This document shows, piece after piece, positions 34,238 to 43,850 of a stretch of 64,000 bases of DNA. Source of the stretch: an uncultured Acetatifactor sp. (GTDB lineage: Bacteria > Bacillota > Clostridia > Lachnospirales > Lachnospiraceae). How positions within the stretch are numbered: the first letter of the stretch is position 1; every line of letters starts with the position of its first letter. Position numbers and translations under genes: made by a program. The notes under the pieces were generated by a model. The model was not told the origin of the DNA. It ran no database searches and saw nothing but the letters and a program-made list of their open reading frames with translations. The DNA lies in the NCBI GenBank assembly GCA_904501885.1, contig CAJGCP010000003.1, positions 5,182-69,181 on the forward strand, in the 5' to 3' direction.

Positions 34238-34774
34238 ATGGCAAAGTACAGAAAACTTGGAAGAACATCTTCCCAGAGAAAAGCATTACTGAAGAATCAG
34301 GTTACAGCATTGATCTACAATGGAAAAATCGTTACCACCGAAGCTAAGGCGAAGGAAGTAAAGAAGATCGCTGAAGGTTTGATTGCATTGGCTGTAAAGG
34401 AAAAGGAAAACTTCGAGACTGTTACCGTTAGCGCAAAGGTTCCTGTAAAGGACAAAGATGGCAAGCGTGTAAAAGAGGTTGTTGATGGCAAGAAGGTAAC
34501 TAAGTTCGAGACCATCGAGAAGGAAATCAAGAAGGATATGCCCAGCAGACTGCACGCAAGACGTCAGATGATGAAGGTTCTGTGTCCTGTAGTTGAGGTT
34601 CCTGAGAAGGCAGCCGGCAAGAAGAGAAACACCAAAGAAGTAGATTTGGTTGCTAAGCTTTTCGATGAGATCGCACCTAAGTATGTAGACCGTAAGGGTG
34701 GTTACACCAGAATCGTAAAGATTGGTCTTCGTAAGGGTGACGCAGCAATGGAAGTAATTCTTGAGCTGGTATAA
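34238..34774 (+). CDS. rplQ: 50S ribosomal protein L17 with a ~55-60-aa Lys-rich internal expansion
   Basis: [21 protein letters not shown]-terminus and [11 protein letters not shown]-terminus. 178 aa versus ~115-130 typical. The ORF-track N-terminal extension was trimmed. Confidence 0.9.
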   Translation: MAKYRKLGRTSSQRKALLKNQVTALIYNGKIVTTEAKAKEVKKIAEGLIALAVKEKENFETVTVSAKVPVKDKDGKRVKEVVDGKKVTKFETIEKEIKKDMPSRLHARRQMMKVLCPVVEVPEKAAGKKRNTKEVDLVAKLFDEIAPKYVDRKGGYTRIVKIGLRKGDAAMEVILELV

Positions 34775-34794
34775 TCTAAATACTGTATCCAAGA

Positions 34795-34826
34795 AGCACC
34801 GGTGTGAAAACATCGGTGCTTTTTTG
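34795..34826 (+). terminator. Rho-independent terminator after rplQ
   Basis: AGCACCG..CGGTGCT stem, then TTTTTT. Confidence 0.75.
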
Positions 34827-34939
34827 TACAATATTTGACGGATATGTGAAAATCTATGGTTTCTATATATATTGTTTTCTGAATGAGATTTTGATAGAAT
34901 TAATATGGACTTTGACAAATTGAAAAAAGGATTAAAACT

Positions 34940-37327
34940 ATGTACATATATAGCAACGTAGTCGCAGGACTATTATTTGTTAAGACCGAGAAAAGAACCG
35001 AAAAGTTCTTCATTAAAGACAAGAGTGGAAGAGAGGTAATATGCCCCGTTTTAAAGATAACGGAGGAGGCGGACGGCTTCTCTGCAATGCTGGATGCATC
35101 GCTTCTTAGCCCTTGGTCTATAAATGATCCTGTGCTCTACACGATTTCTGATGAAGAAGAGACTGTAAGGTTCGGACATATGACGCTTTCTACAGTGCAG
35201 AACAAAATGGTCCTTCTCAACGGGTCTCCTGTATACCTCAGAGGATACATCAGAGGTATTGTAGCCCATGAGCATCCCAATATGACCGGAGGCAGTGATT
35301 ATGATGCTGCAGTAAAGAATATTAAACAGGCCAAAAAATACGGCTTTAATCTTGTAAGATTTCATTCTACCATTCCCTCAGAGGATTTTGTTCGTGCCGC
35401 TGATGAACTGGGAATGCTTGTGCATACAGAAATAGGCTTCGCTTATGATTATGATGAGCAGGGAAAAAAGAAAAATCTTGCCATGAACAACGAGAAATGG
35501 GGAGAGACCATATTGAAATTTAGAAATTCTCCTTCCCTTGCCATCTTCTGTATTGGAAACGAAATGCACAACTCTGGACACTACCCCGAAGTTCACAGAC
35601 TCTATGAGCAGGGCAAGGCACTGGCTCCCAACAAACTTATCATGGACAATTCGGGATGGGGCGAATATGACCGCACGAGTGCCGATATATTCTGTCAGCA
35701 CATAGCGTATTTCTTCCCTTACAAGCATCACGGCGATATGTTTATGACAGATGCCCCGTGGCATATCAATGGTTCCTCCTATGATGAACCGATGAAAACT
35801 GCAAGGGAAACAGGTAACGCTTCTACGCAAATTCATCGTTACGCAGAACCGTTGCGTCCTACCTTATCTCATGAAGCTATGCATTATATAGATATTCCCG
35901 ACTACGTGGCTTTGAATGAAAAGTTTGATGCGTTCGCCGCTAAAGTCGGAGAAAAGTACCTTGCGGATCATGGCATTAGCAAGCCGCAGTATTTGACAAC
36001 CTTGCCTGAGCTTATAAAGCGCAAGGGGCTTGAGGAATATATGCCGGATTACATCAAGGCATCACGCAAGTGGAAACTTATGGCGACCAAAATGTTCCTC
36101 GAAAAGCTTCGCCTTTCAAAACTGAACGGATTTGAGATGCTGCAGTTTTCAGATTGTTTAAAATACGAAAACAAAAACGGTATTGTTGACTTTTTTGATG
36201 ATGATAAGGGCATAGACCCTGCATGGATGCGCCGTATGAATGATGATTTAGTGCTTCTTGCGGACAGAGAAAACGAATGGTACTTTGAAAATGAAAGCTT
36301 CGATGTGGATATATGCATCTCTGACTTTCTGCCTTCTCCTGAGATATCAGGAACCCTTGCTGTATATTTCGACGACGAAGAATTATTCTGCGGCAAAAAG
36401 TATATGCTTGCAGGCGGACTGCAGACTTTGGCAAAGCTGAAAATTACTCCCAAGGCAACGGGAAAGGCACGTTGTGCAGTCCTAAAAGCCGTATTTTCTT
36501 CTGAGGACATTACTGTTGAAAATGAATGGGAAATATGGCTTTACCCGGCAATCAAGCAAACAATTTCTCCCGAAACGGAGATTTCAAACGAAAGCCTCAA
36601 ATCATATCTTTCCTCCGGACCAGAGAAAAGCGATCTATACGTTACGGATACCTTCGGTGAAAACGTATTCGATAAGCTGTCTGAAGGGAAAACCGTTGTT
36701 CTCTTCTACGAATATATGGCGGAGCGCAACAAATGGCAAATGCAGAGTACACTGGAACGTTTCAAACCTTGTATCTGGGACAGAGGAAGCAATTTGGGCG
36801 GAGTGATAGCTCACGAAGGTCTCAGAAAAGCTTTGGGAAGCGAAAAGTATTTTGACCTTAATATGCAGCCTCTTCTTGAAGGAGGATACAAGGTGAATCT
36901 GGACCACTTCCCCTGCAAGGTGAAGGAACATGTGATTGGTGTAGATAAGCCTGTTAGAGACAGAATGAAGGGACTCATCGAAGGAATTAAAACCTTCCAG
37001 GAAGACGACACTCTTCGCCGTTTTTCCCATTTATTCTCCTTTAAGGTAGGAAACGGAAATCTTATTGTCTGTACTTTTGCTTTGGATAAGTTGTCTGATC
37101 CCGTTGTATCCAATTTCTTATCATATTTGATTGATAATGCAACGAATTTTGAATCGGAACTTTTCATAGAAGAAAACGAATTTAGAAAGTGGCTTGATGA
37201 GACGAATGCCACCGGCTTCCGTCCTGAGGACGTAATGAACTATTTCTGGCAAATAGACAACAAGCCCGTTGAAGATACTCTTTTCTGGGAAGAAGCTCAT
37301 GTGGATCTTTCAAAAAGAAGACGTTGA
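34940..37327 (+). CDS. cytoplasmic glycoside hydrolase, GH2-like (clan GH-A TIM barrel)
   Basis: LNGSPVYLRGYIRG..HE...G......A.VKNIKQAKKYGFNLVRFHS matches the start of the GH2 catalytic barrel. CIGNEMH holds a candidate acid/base Glu. No signal peptide. Confidence 0.55.
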   Translation: MYIYSNVVAGLLFVKTEKRTEKFFIKDKSGREVICPVLKITEEADGFSAMLDASLLSPWSINDPVLYTISDEEETVRFGHMTLSTVQNKMVLLNGSPVYLRGYIRGIVAHEHPNMTGGSDYDAAVKNIKQAKKYGFNLVRFHSTIPSEDFVRAADELGMLVHTEIGFAYDYDEQGKKKNLAMNNEKWGETILKFRNSPSLAIFCIGNEMHNSGHYPEVHRLYEQGKALAPNKLIMDNSGWGEYDRTSADIFCQHIAYFFPYKHHGDMFMTDAPWHINGSSYDEPMKTARETGNASTQIHRYAEPLRPTLSHEAMHYIDIPDYVALNEKFDAFAAKVGEKYLADHGISKPQYLTTLPELIKRKGLEEYMPDYIKASRKWKLMATKMFLEKLRLSKLNGFEMLQFSDCLKYENKNGIVDFFDDDKGIDPAWMRRMNDDLVLLADRENEWYFENESFDVDICISDFLPSPEISGTLAVYFDDEELFCGKKYMLAGGLQTLAKLKITPKATGKARCAVLKAVFSSEDITVENEWEIWLYPAIKQTISPETEISNESLKSYLSSGPEKSDLYVTDTFGENVFDKLSEGKTVVLFYEYMAERNKWQMQSTLERFKPCIWDRGSNLGGVIAHEGLRKALGSEKYFDLNMQPLLEGGYKVNLDHFPCKVKEHVIGVDKPVRDRMKGLIEGIKTFQEDDTLRRFSHLFSFKVGNGNLIVCTFALDKLSDPVVSNFLSYLIDNATNFESELFIEENEFRKWLDETNATGFRPEDVMNYFWQIDNKPVEDTLFWEEAHVDLSKRRR

Positions 37328-37413
37328 GCGATATAAATGATTCTGTGTTCATAACTGGGGGATTTTTGAATCTGATATGATGCCTTCAAAGTAGACAAGG
37401 TAAATAACCAAGA

Positions 37414-38460
37414 CTACTTTGGAGGTGTTTTTTGTTTAATAGGATTTTTCGATACAGTTGTGAGAATTGGTGTTTTCACGTTTTCCACAGCATTAATGGC
37501 AACTAAGAATGCCTCTTTCGCATCTTGTAGGGTAAAGCTGTTTTCCGGATGACCTTCGATTCGATTGATCAGTTCCTGCAGTTGTGCATTCATATCTTTG
37601 TACTTGGCAGGAAGATTGATGATTTCGTGTTTCTCTGACTCGCTGTAGAATATCTCAATAAGGTCTCCTTCCTCTTTGTCGGCTTGTCGGTCTGCCCTTA
37701 GGGTGAGGTGGATATATCCTTTCTCCCCGATGAATTCCTTGCAGTTGTATGCTCTTAAATTTCGACTCCAGCCGGCTTCGTAGAATCCATGGCAACCGCC
37801 GGAAAGGGATAGCTGAACCGTACAATAATTATCGCAGGGAGAATCCGGATCCAAGGATATGCTGTTTCCTTGGATCTCAGTTATTTTTTGCCCAGAAATC
37901 CACTGCATCACATCCAGATAATGGACACCGCAGTCCAGAATGGGAGGGCAGTCCTCCAAAAGCCTGCGGTATCGATGCCAGTCCAGTGCATGGTGATTCT
38001 GCACAAAATGAATGAGACGCAGATCGCCTATGGTTCCTGCATCTATCAGTTCTTTTACCTTTTGATACGAACGGTTGTGCCGCAGGATATGACCCACCAA
38101 CACCTGAACAGTGCTTTTCTCGGCAATTCGGAAGAATTCCTCTCCTTCTGCTCTGGTAGAAGCTACTGGTTTTTCACAAAGTACATGCTTGCCGGCATTT
38201 ACACAGTCCTTCATAATATGAAGATGAGAATCCACATAGGTTGCAATGATTACAATATCCACATCATTCCGATTCAGATAGTGCGTGTAATCTGTACCGT
38301 ATTCGGAGGCACCATATTTTTTTGCCATTAGTTGGGCTTTGTTCGAATCCCAGTCCACAACAGCCACGATTCGTATATTATCACGGTAATAGATATCGGC
38401 CAGATGTTCTTCTCCAATGTATCCGCACCCGACCACTACAATTCCGTATTCCTTATTCAT
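37414..38460 (-). CDS. Gfo/Idh/MocA family NAD(P)-dependent oxidoreductase
   Basis: MNKEYGIVVVGCGYIGEEH Rossmann N-terminus and EKP motif (LCEKPVA). Start trimmed to ATG 38460 after GGAGGGA. Confidence 0.85.
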   Translation of the reverse strand: MNKEYGIVVVGCGYIGEEHLADIYYRDNIRIVAVVDWDSNKAQLMAKKYGASEYGTDYTHYLNRNDVDIVIIATYVDSHLHIMKDCVNAGKHVLCEKPVASTRAEGEEFFRIAEKSTVQVLVGHILRHNRSYQKVKELIDAGTIGDLRLIHFVQNHHALDWHRYRRLLEDCPPILDCGVHYLDVMQWISGQKITEIQGNSISLDPDSPCDNYCTVQLSLSGGCHGFYEAGWSRNLRAYNCKEFIGEKGYIHLTLRADRQADKEEGDLIEIFYSESEKHEIINLPAKYKDMNAQLQELINRIEGHPENSFTLQDAKEAFLVAINAVENVKTPILTTVSKNPIKQKTPPK

Positions 38461-38704
38461 ACAAATTCCCTCCGAATTTTCGGACCCCATGCTACCATGA
38501 CAATCCGCTGCATCTTTCGTTGAAATATAAGTTCTTATACATGATATTATAGTTTTGGCGATGTAAAAGCAAGTAAGTATCTTGCCGTAAAAATGACACT
38601 ATTTTGCTTTAAATGGATATTTACGATGAGATAGAAGAATGCTTGCCATCTGTAAGAATTAAGGTACAGCAAATTGCTTTTTTAATTTCCTGTGTTAAGG
38701 TCTT

Positions 38705-39484
38705 TTATATTTCAGAGCGTTTTCGATATTTACCGGGGCTGATACCGAAGGATTTTTTAAACAGCGCCTGAAAACTGGACAAAGAGCGAAAACCCACTGC
38801 GTTGGTAATTTCACAGACGGAAAGCGTAGTGGTGTCCAGAAGGTTGCGTGCATGAAGCATACGCAGCGTTTGTAAATATTCGCAAGGTGTTTGCCCTACA
38901 TACTCTTTAAAAAGGCGGTGTACATGCAGTGGGGCATAGCCTGTAATTTCGCCCAGGTTGTTTAATGTGATTACCTGGTCGTAATGCTCCTTTATATAAT
39001 CTAGGCACATCTGTATTGCTTGCGGTATCGGTCTTTTTTGATTAATAAAAGTATATAAATGGTGCAATAACTGCAAAACATGCGCATTCATCAGTATCTT
39101 GTCGCCGGTAGACATGGAGGAATTCAGCTGGATAATGGACTCAAACATATGGATGGTTTCTTCGTCGCAATGAAAAAAAGAAGGAATGCGGTCAATAAAA
39201 TTGTGGTTGTATGCCGTATTATCCTGTCCAAAGCGGAGGACCATGGAGAGAGCATGGAAAGGAATATCGGTACGCAAAATATCTCCGGGGCGTGTGAAAC
39301 GAACATCGCCGCGTTGAATGCGATGTTCGGTGCCATTCAGGTAAAGGGTACCGTTGTCTTCGATGTAAATGCTGATTTCAAAAAACTCTGCTTCTCGTTC
39401 GGGATAGTTTTTGATTGAATAATCTATAGAGTGATAACTTCTGGCATGCAGTAGCTCCGGATACATAAATTCCTCTTTTACCAT
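38705..39484 (-). CDS. AraC family transcriptional regulator (cupin N-terminal domain)
   Basis: C-terminal double HTH (..LNNLGEITGYAPLHVHRLFKEYVGQTPCEYL...RMLHARNLL). Start trimmed to ATG 39484 after GGAGGA. The upstream ORF-track extension covers promoter DNA. Confidence 0.85.
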   Translation of the reverse strand: MVKEEFMYPELLHARSYHSIDYSIKNYPEREAEFFEISIYIEDNGTLYLNGTEHRIQRGDVRFTRPGDILRTDIPFHALSMVLRFGQDNTAYNHNFIDRIPSFFHCDEETIHMFESIIQLNSSMSTGDKILMNAHVLQLLHHLYTFINQKRPIPQAIQMCLDYIKEHYDQVITLNNLGEITGYAPLHVHRLFKEYVGQTPCEYLQTLRMLHARNLLDTTTLSVCEITNAVGFRSLSSFQALFKKSFGISPGKYRKRSEI

Positions 39485-39503
39485 ACAGAACATCCTCCGT
39501 GTA

Positions 39504-39572
39504 ATGTAAAGAATGAGCATTTTTTTGTAAGTATAAAAAATTGTGTGTAAATGAAAAATATCATATAATATG
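39504..39572 (+). promoter_or_regulatory. 69-bp promoter/operator module, copy A (TTGTGT-17-TATAAT), upstream of uxaC
   Basis: 61 of 69 positions identical to 47982-48050 by hand alignment. -35 at 39541-46 and -10 at 39564-69. Confidence 0.6.
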
Positions 39573-39703
39573 ATTAAAGTCAAGAAAACAAAGGATATTG
39601 CGGTAAAAATGGTTATGGAATAACGCAAAATGAGGATAGATGAGATGTTTGAAAAATTGGACAAAAAGGTGTGCTGTTATCTAAATGAAACGGGGAATGA
39701 AAT

Positions 39704-41044
39704 ATGAATGAGAACTTTTTACTTAATACAGAGATTTCCAAGAAATTGTTTGCGTCTGTATCGAATTTACCAATTATTGATTTTCATAATCACCTGAATG
39801 TGTCAGATTTGCAGGGTGACAGAAGGTTCTCTGATATCACGGAATTGTGGATTGCACCTGACCCATATAAGCACCGTGCCATGCGTATTCTGGGAGTAGA
39901 CGAGTTCTATATTACAGGGGCAGCAGACAACTACAAGAAATTTTTAAAATGGATGGAAAGTCTTCCGATGTTGGTGGGGCATCCACTTTATATTTGGTCT
40001 CAATTAGAGCTTAAAAGAGTATTCGACATTGATGTGCCATTAAATCCAGACAGTGCAGAATTTATTTGGAACCGCACCAAGGAATTGTTGGAGAAGTCTG
40101 ACTGTTCCAACAACAGAATTTTAGATAAATTCGGTATTGCCTATTCTGCGCCATGTTGTGCGATAGCAGATGATGTTTCTTTTTTTGTGGGGAAAGATAA
40201 TTTAGCACCTTCTTTAAGAGGTGACGATATGGTTGCGCCGACAGCAACACATGTAGCAAATTTAGAAAAAGCAACAGGCATGGAAATTAAAACTTTGTCG
40301 CAGTATTTAGAAGCAATTAAGGAACGTTTAGATGCCTTTGATAAAGCGGGATGCCGTTTTGCAGACCACGCGCTAGATGATGGTTTTAGCTATGTGACAG
40401 ATGATGGCAATAATGAAATGCGTTTTTTGGATGCAATTGCAGGCAGAGAATACAACGAGGTACAGCTTCGCTCTTGTATCCTTTTATTCCTCGCAAGTGA
40501 GTACAATAAGAGAAAATGGGCGATGCAGTTACATATAGGTGCACATAGAAAAACGAGCGACAGACTTTTGCAAATTGCGGGTCCGGCAGGCGGCTATGCT
40601 GCAATTGGTTCACCTTGCGATATCAATTCTTTGATTGCACTATTGCACGATGCAGAAAATTCCGAGGGTGGACTGCCAAGAACAATTTTATTTACGTTAA
40701 ACCCGGCGGACAGTGCGGCAATGGCAATCATTACCGGTTCATTTTCAGAAGATGGTGTAGCAGCCAAGGTGCAGTTGGGGCCGGCTTGGTGGTGGTGTGA
40801 TCATGCAGTAGGCATCCGCAATGTGTTAGATATGATTTCATCATACGGTGTGTTATCTACCTTTATAGGCATGACAACGGACTCGCGCAGTATTTTGTCA
40901 TTTGTTCGTCACGAATATTTTAGACGCATTCTATGCGGCTGGATGGGCGATAAGGTGGCGAGCGGTGAACTTCCGGACGATTTTGCGTTGTTGGAAAAAA
41001 TCGCTCAAAAATTATGTTACGAAAATAGTTTTGAATTAGTATAA
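39704..41044 (+). CDS. uxaC: glucuronate isomerase
   Basis: IIDFHNHL motif near the N-terminus. Size and overall pattern fit UxaC. Confidence 0.8.
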   Translation: MNENFLLNTEISKKLFASVSNLPIIDFHNHLNVSDLQGDRRFSDITELWIAPDPYKHRAMRILGVDEFYITGAADNYKKFLKWMESLPMLVGHPLYIWSQLELKRVFDIDVPLNPDSAEFIWNRTKELLEKSDCSNNRILDKFGIAYSAPCCAIADDVSFFVGKDNLAPSLRGDDMVAPTATHVANLEKATGMEIKTLSQYLEAIKERLDAFDKAGCRFADHALDDGFSYVTDDGNNEMRFLDAIAGREYNEVQLRSCILLFLASEYNKRKWAMQLHIGAHRKTSDRLLQIAGPAGGYAAIGSPCDINSLIALLHDAENSEGGLPRTILFTLNPADSAAMAIITGSFSEDGVAAKVQLGPAWWWCDHAVGIRNVLDMISSYGVLSTFIGMTTDSRSILSFVRHEYFRRILCGWMGDKVASGELPDDFALLEKIAQKLCYENSFELV

Positions 41045-41068
41045 AAAATTAACGAAAAGGAGATTAAA

Positions 41069-41911
41069 ATGGATTTCAAAGGGAAAGTGGCAGTTGTAAC
41101 AGGAGCAGGTGGTGTTATTTGTTCTCAGGTATCTTTGGGTTTAGCAAAGTGTGGTTGTGACCTGGCGTTAGTTGGTCTTTCTTTAGAAGAATTAAAGAAG
41201 ACAGAAGAAGCTACAAAGGCATGTGGCGTAAAAGTAAAATCTTACGCTTGTGATGTGACAAATCAGGAACTTATCAATGGGTTGGCTGATGAAGTTATCT
41301 CTGAGTTCGGTAAAGTTGATTTCTTGGTTAATGGTGCAGGTGGTAATAGCGCAAAAGCGACTACAAGCATTGCAAAATTTGACCCAAGAGAATTAGAAGA
41401 AGACCGTCCGGAAGAAGTGAGAGGTCTATACAATATAGATATGCAGGCGTTTGAAGGCACTGTTAGATTAAACACAATGGGTACTGTATATCCAATCTTA
41501 GCTTTTGCAAAATATATGGCAAAAGAAGGAAGAGGTAGCATCGTAAACTTTGCATCTATGAATACTTATTGCCCACTTACAAGAAATTTCGCATACGCTA
41601 TGGCAAAATCAGCAGTAGAGAATTTCACGAAGTCTCTCGCAGCATACTTTGGCGAAGCAGGTGTTCGTATTAACGCAGTGGCACCCGGTTTTATCGTAAA
41701 TGAGCGCTCTAAGGTATATTTGGGTACCGTAGAAACTGGCCTTACAGCGAGAGGTCAGAAGGTTATCGACCACACGCCAATGGGCAGATTTGGTGAAGCG
41801 GATGAAATGTTTGGATGTATCAAATTTTTACTGGATGAGGATGCAAGCAGCTTCGTAACCGGTGTTACCATCCCGTTGGATGGCGGCTTCCTTACATTAA
41901 GTGGTGTATAA
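41069..41911 (+). CDS. SDR family oxidoreductase (position suggests a fructuronate/mannonate reductase role)
   Basis: VTGAGGVIC glycine motif and YAMAK catalytic Tyr/Lys. Located between uxaC and uxuA. Confidence 0.75.
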   Translation: MDFKGKVAVVTGAGGVICSQVSLGLAKCGCDLALVGLSLEELKKTEEATKACGVKVKSYACDVTNQELINGLADEVISEFGKVDFLVNGAGGNSAKATTSIAKFDPRELEEDRPEEVRGLYNIDMQAFEGTVRLNTMGTVYPILAFAKYMAKEGRGSIVNFASMNTYCPLTRNFAYAMAKSAVENFTKSLAAYFGEAGVRINAVAPGFIVNERSKVYLGTVETGLTARGQKVIDHTPMGRFGEADEMFGCIKFLLDEDASSFVTGVTIPLDGGFLTLSGV

Positions 41912-41954
41912 GATTGTTTGATTGGTCGATTTGAGAGCGCAAAAGGAGAAAACG

Positions 41955-42905
41955 ATGATTTTAAATGATTACTTCAGAAGCCCCAGAGATCTAACTTGGG
42001 ACTTTGCAAAGCAGTGCGGTGTAAAAACCGGCACCATTAGACTTCCGGAAACAGTGGATTTTGACTTGACGAACTATTCTCATTGGGAGACAGTGCACAA
42101 AAATTTCATGGATTTTGGTATTAAGCCCGTAGTCGTCGAGCCAATGCCCAATGAAGTGCATGATCATATTAAAGCAGGTGATGAATTCAGAGACGAATCC
42201 ATTGAAAAAGTAATAAAAATGCTACCGATTATGGACAAGCTGGACATTCGTTGTATTTGTTTTAACTGGATGGCCCACATCGGATGGTTTCGTACGGACA
42301 GTTCTATTAAGGAACGTGGGGAGGCGCTTGTAACAGGGTTTGATATAAACGAGTTCAAGCCAACAGGCGCAAAGATTACAGCAGAAGAACTTTGGGCTAA
42401 TTACGAATATTTCTTAAAAGCTGTTATCCCTTATGCAGAAAAATATGGCATTAAATTAGCGCTTCATCCGGACGACCCGCCGGTGCCACGTTTGGGAGAT
42501 GTAGAGCGTATTATGATTAACTACGCCAATATCAAGAAGGCTGTTTATGATATATATCCATCTGATATGCTGGGTGTCACCATGTGTCAGGCAACGTATC
42601 ACATTATGGGCGAGGATTTGTACAAGGTCATTCCTGAATTGGCAGAGAAAATTTTCTTTGTGCATTTCAGAAATACAACCGGGCACAAGCTAAATTACAG
42701 AGAAACATTTCATGATAACGGTGAAATCGATATGGCTAAAATACTGAGGCTTTATAAGGAATGTGGTGTGGATGTCCCGATTCGTGTGGACCATGTGCCG
42801 TTAATGGCAGGGGAAAAGCAGGAGGTTGCGGGATATACCGCAATTGGCAGATTGTTTGCAATTGGGTATTTAAGAGGGTTATTACAGGCAATTGAGGAGA
42901 ACTGA
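41955..42905 (+). CDS. uxuA: mannonate dehydratase (short UxuA form)
   Basis: CFNWMAHIGWFRTD, LHPDDPP and GYTAIGRL parallel E. coli UxuA CYNFMPVLDWTRTD, VHPDDPP and GYSAIGRL. Start trimmed to ATG 41955. Confidence 0.75.
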   Translation: MILNDYFRSPRDLTWDFAKQCGVKTGTIRLPETVDFDLTNYSHWETVHKNFMDFGIKPVVVEPMPNEVHDHIKAGDEFRDESIEKVIKMLPIMDKLDIRCICFNWMAHIGWFRTDSSIKERGEALVTGFDINEFKPTGAKITAEELWANYEYFLKAVIPYAEKYGIKLALHPDDPPVPRLGDVERIMINYANIKKAVYDIYPSDMLGVTMCQATYHIMGEDLYKVIPELAEKIFFVHFRNTTGHKLNYRETFHDNGEIDMAKILRLYKECGVDVPIRVDHVPLMAGEKQEVAGYTAIGRLFAIGYLRGLLQAIEEN

Positions 42906-42907
42906 TT

Positions 42908-43816
42908 ATGAGATTTAATAATAGAGAAGACATTATCGCGTTAACCCCACACTGGAAGGGAGAACGCTTGCCGGATGGTAGGCCAAAGGTTGGAGAGCAG
43001 TATTTAAAGGCGTTGAAGAATCTTACATTAGAGGAAGTATGGAAGCCGATTTTTGTAAAGGGATATGAAAGTCAGTTTGAGGGCAGATTGCAGACGCTTC
43101 ATAATGACGGCAGAAAGTTAATTGGCCGTGCGGTAACAGCATCCTACTGCCCGTTTCGACCGGACTACGACGCAGTGGTTAAAGATGTAGGTAGGGATGA
43201 AGGTAGAACCGGTACATACAACCAGTGGGTCATCGATAATTTGATGGAATACGATGTTCCGGTTATTGATATGTATGATAAAATTTATAAAGGAACTTTT
43301 TTGGGCGGCAACCTGACAACAGCCTTGAAGAATAAGACGAAAAATGAAAACGGCGGTGCCGTTATTTGGGGCGGTATTCGTGACACGGAGCAAATGCTGA
43401 AGGTTGAAGATACGCAAGTGTATTATCGCGGCATTGATCCCACACCGATTCGCGAATTTATTATGACAGGATACAATACCGTGACAAGGATCGGGAATGC
43501 GGTTTGCCTGCCGGGTGATGTGGTGTTTGGGGCAGGTGGCGGTGTGTTGTTTATTCCATCCCATCTGGTCGAGGAAGTGGTAGGAAATGCTGCAAAAACT
43601 CAGGTAAAGGACCTGTTTGGCTTTGAGATGATTACGTTAAATAAATTTACGACTTCTCAGATTGATCGTAATACCTGGACGGAGGAAATGCTTGATCTTT
43701 TGCTTGATTTTATTGAGAAGGATGATCGTGCTGCGGAATATCGCGGTTTAGATTGGACAGAAGAATACAGACTGGCACGTGAGGGCGATCCGAACGATAC
43801 ACAGTCTGCGCTATAA
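42908..43816 (+). CDS. RraA-family protein (HMG/CHA-aldolase-like), long form
   Basis: GRAVTASYCP...GGNLTTAL...GAVIWGGIRD pattern of the RraA/demethylmenaquinone-methyltransferase-like fold. 302 aa. Confidence 0.6.
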   Translation: MRFNNREDIIALTPHWKGERLPDGRPKVGEQYLKALKNLTLEEVWKPIFVKGYESQFEGRLQTLHNDGRKLIGRAVTASYCPFRPDYDAVVKDVGRDEGRTGTYNQWVIDNLMEYDVPVIDMYDKIYKGTFLGGNLTTALKNKTKNENGGAVIWGGIRDTEQMLKVEDTQVYYRGIDPTPIREFIMTGYNTVTRIGNAVCLPGDVVFGAGGGVLFIPSHLVEEVVGNAAKTQVKDLFGFEMITLNKFTTSQIDRNTWTEEMLDLLLDFIEKDDRAAEYRGLDWTEEYRLAREGDPNDTQSAL

Positions 43817-43850
43817 AAGGTTATAATTACGGAGAATGGGGGGTCAGAGT

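Noticed and set aside
31658-34918. Antisense ORFs opposite rpsM, rpsD, rpoA and rplQ (31658-32149, 32543-33124, 33187-33813, 34286-34918), and 31178-31417 opposite rpmJ.
   Set aside because: They overlap universally conserved ribosomal and RNAP genes on the other strand and have no motifs. These are typical shadow ORFs.
38341-38350. GTTCGAATCC, a tRNA T-arm-like decamer.
   Set aside because: It lies inside the Gfo/Idh/MocA coding sequence and no acceptor or anticodon stems surround it.
38705-39664. 60-aa N-terminal extension of the AraC gene, and the similar 98-aa ORF at 47963-48259 (shared ILYDIFHL.. peptide).
   Set aside because: The similarity comes from the duplicated 69-bp promoter DNA read on the wrong strand. 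The real AraC start is ATG 39484, after GGAGGA.
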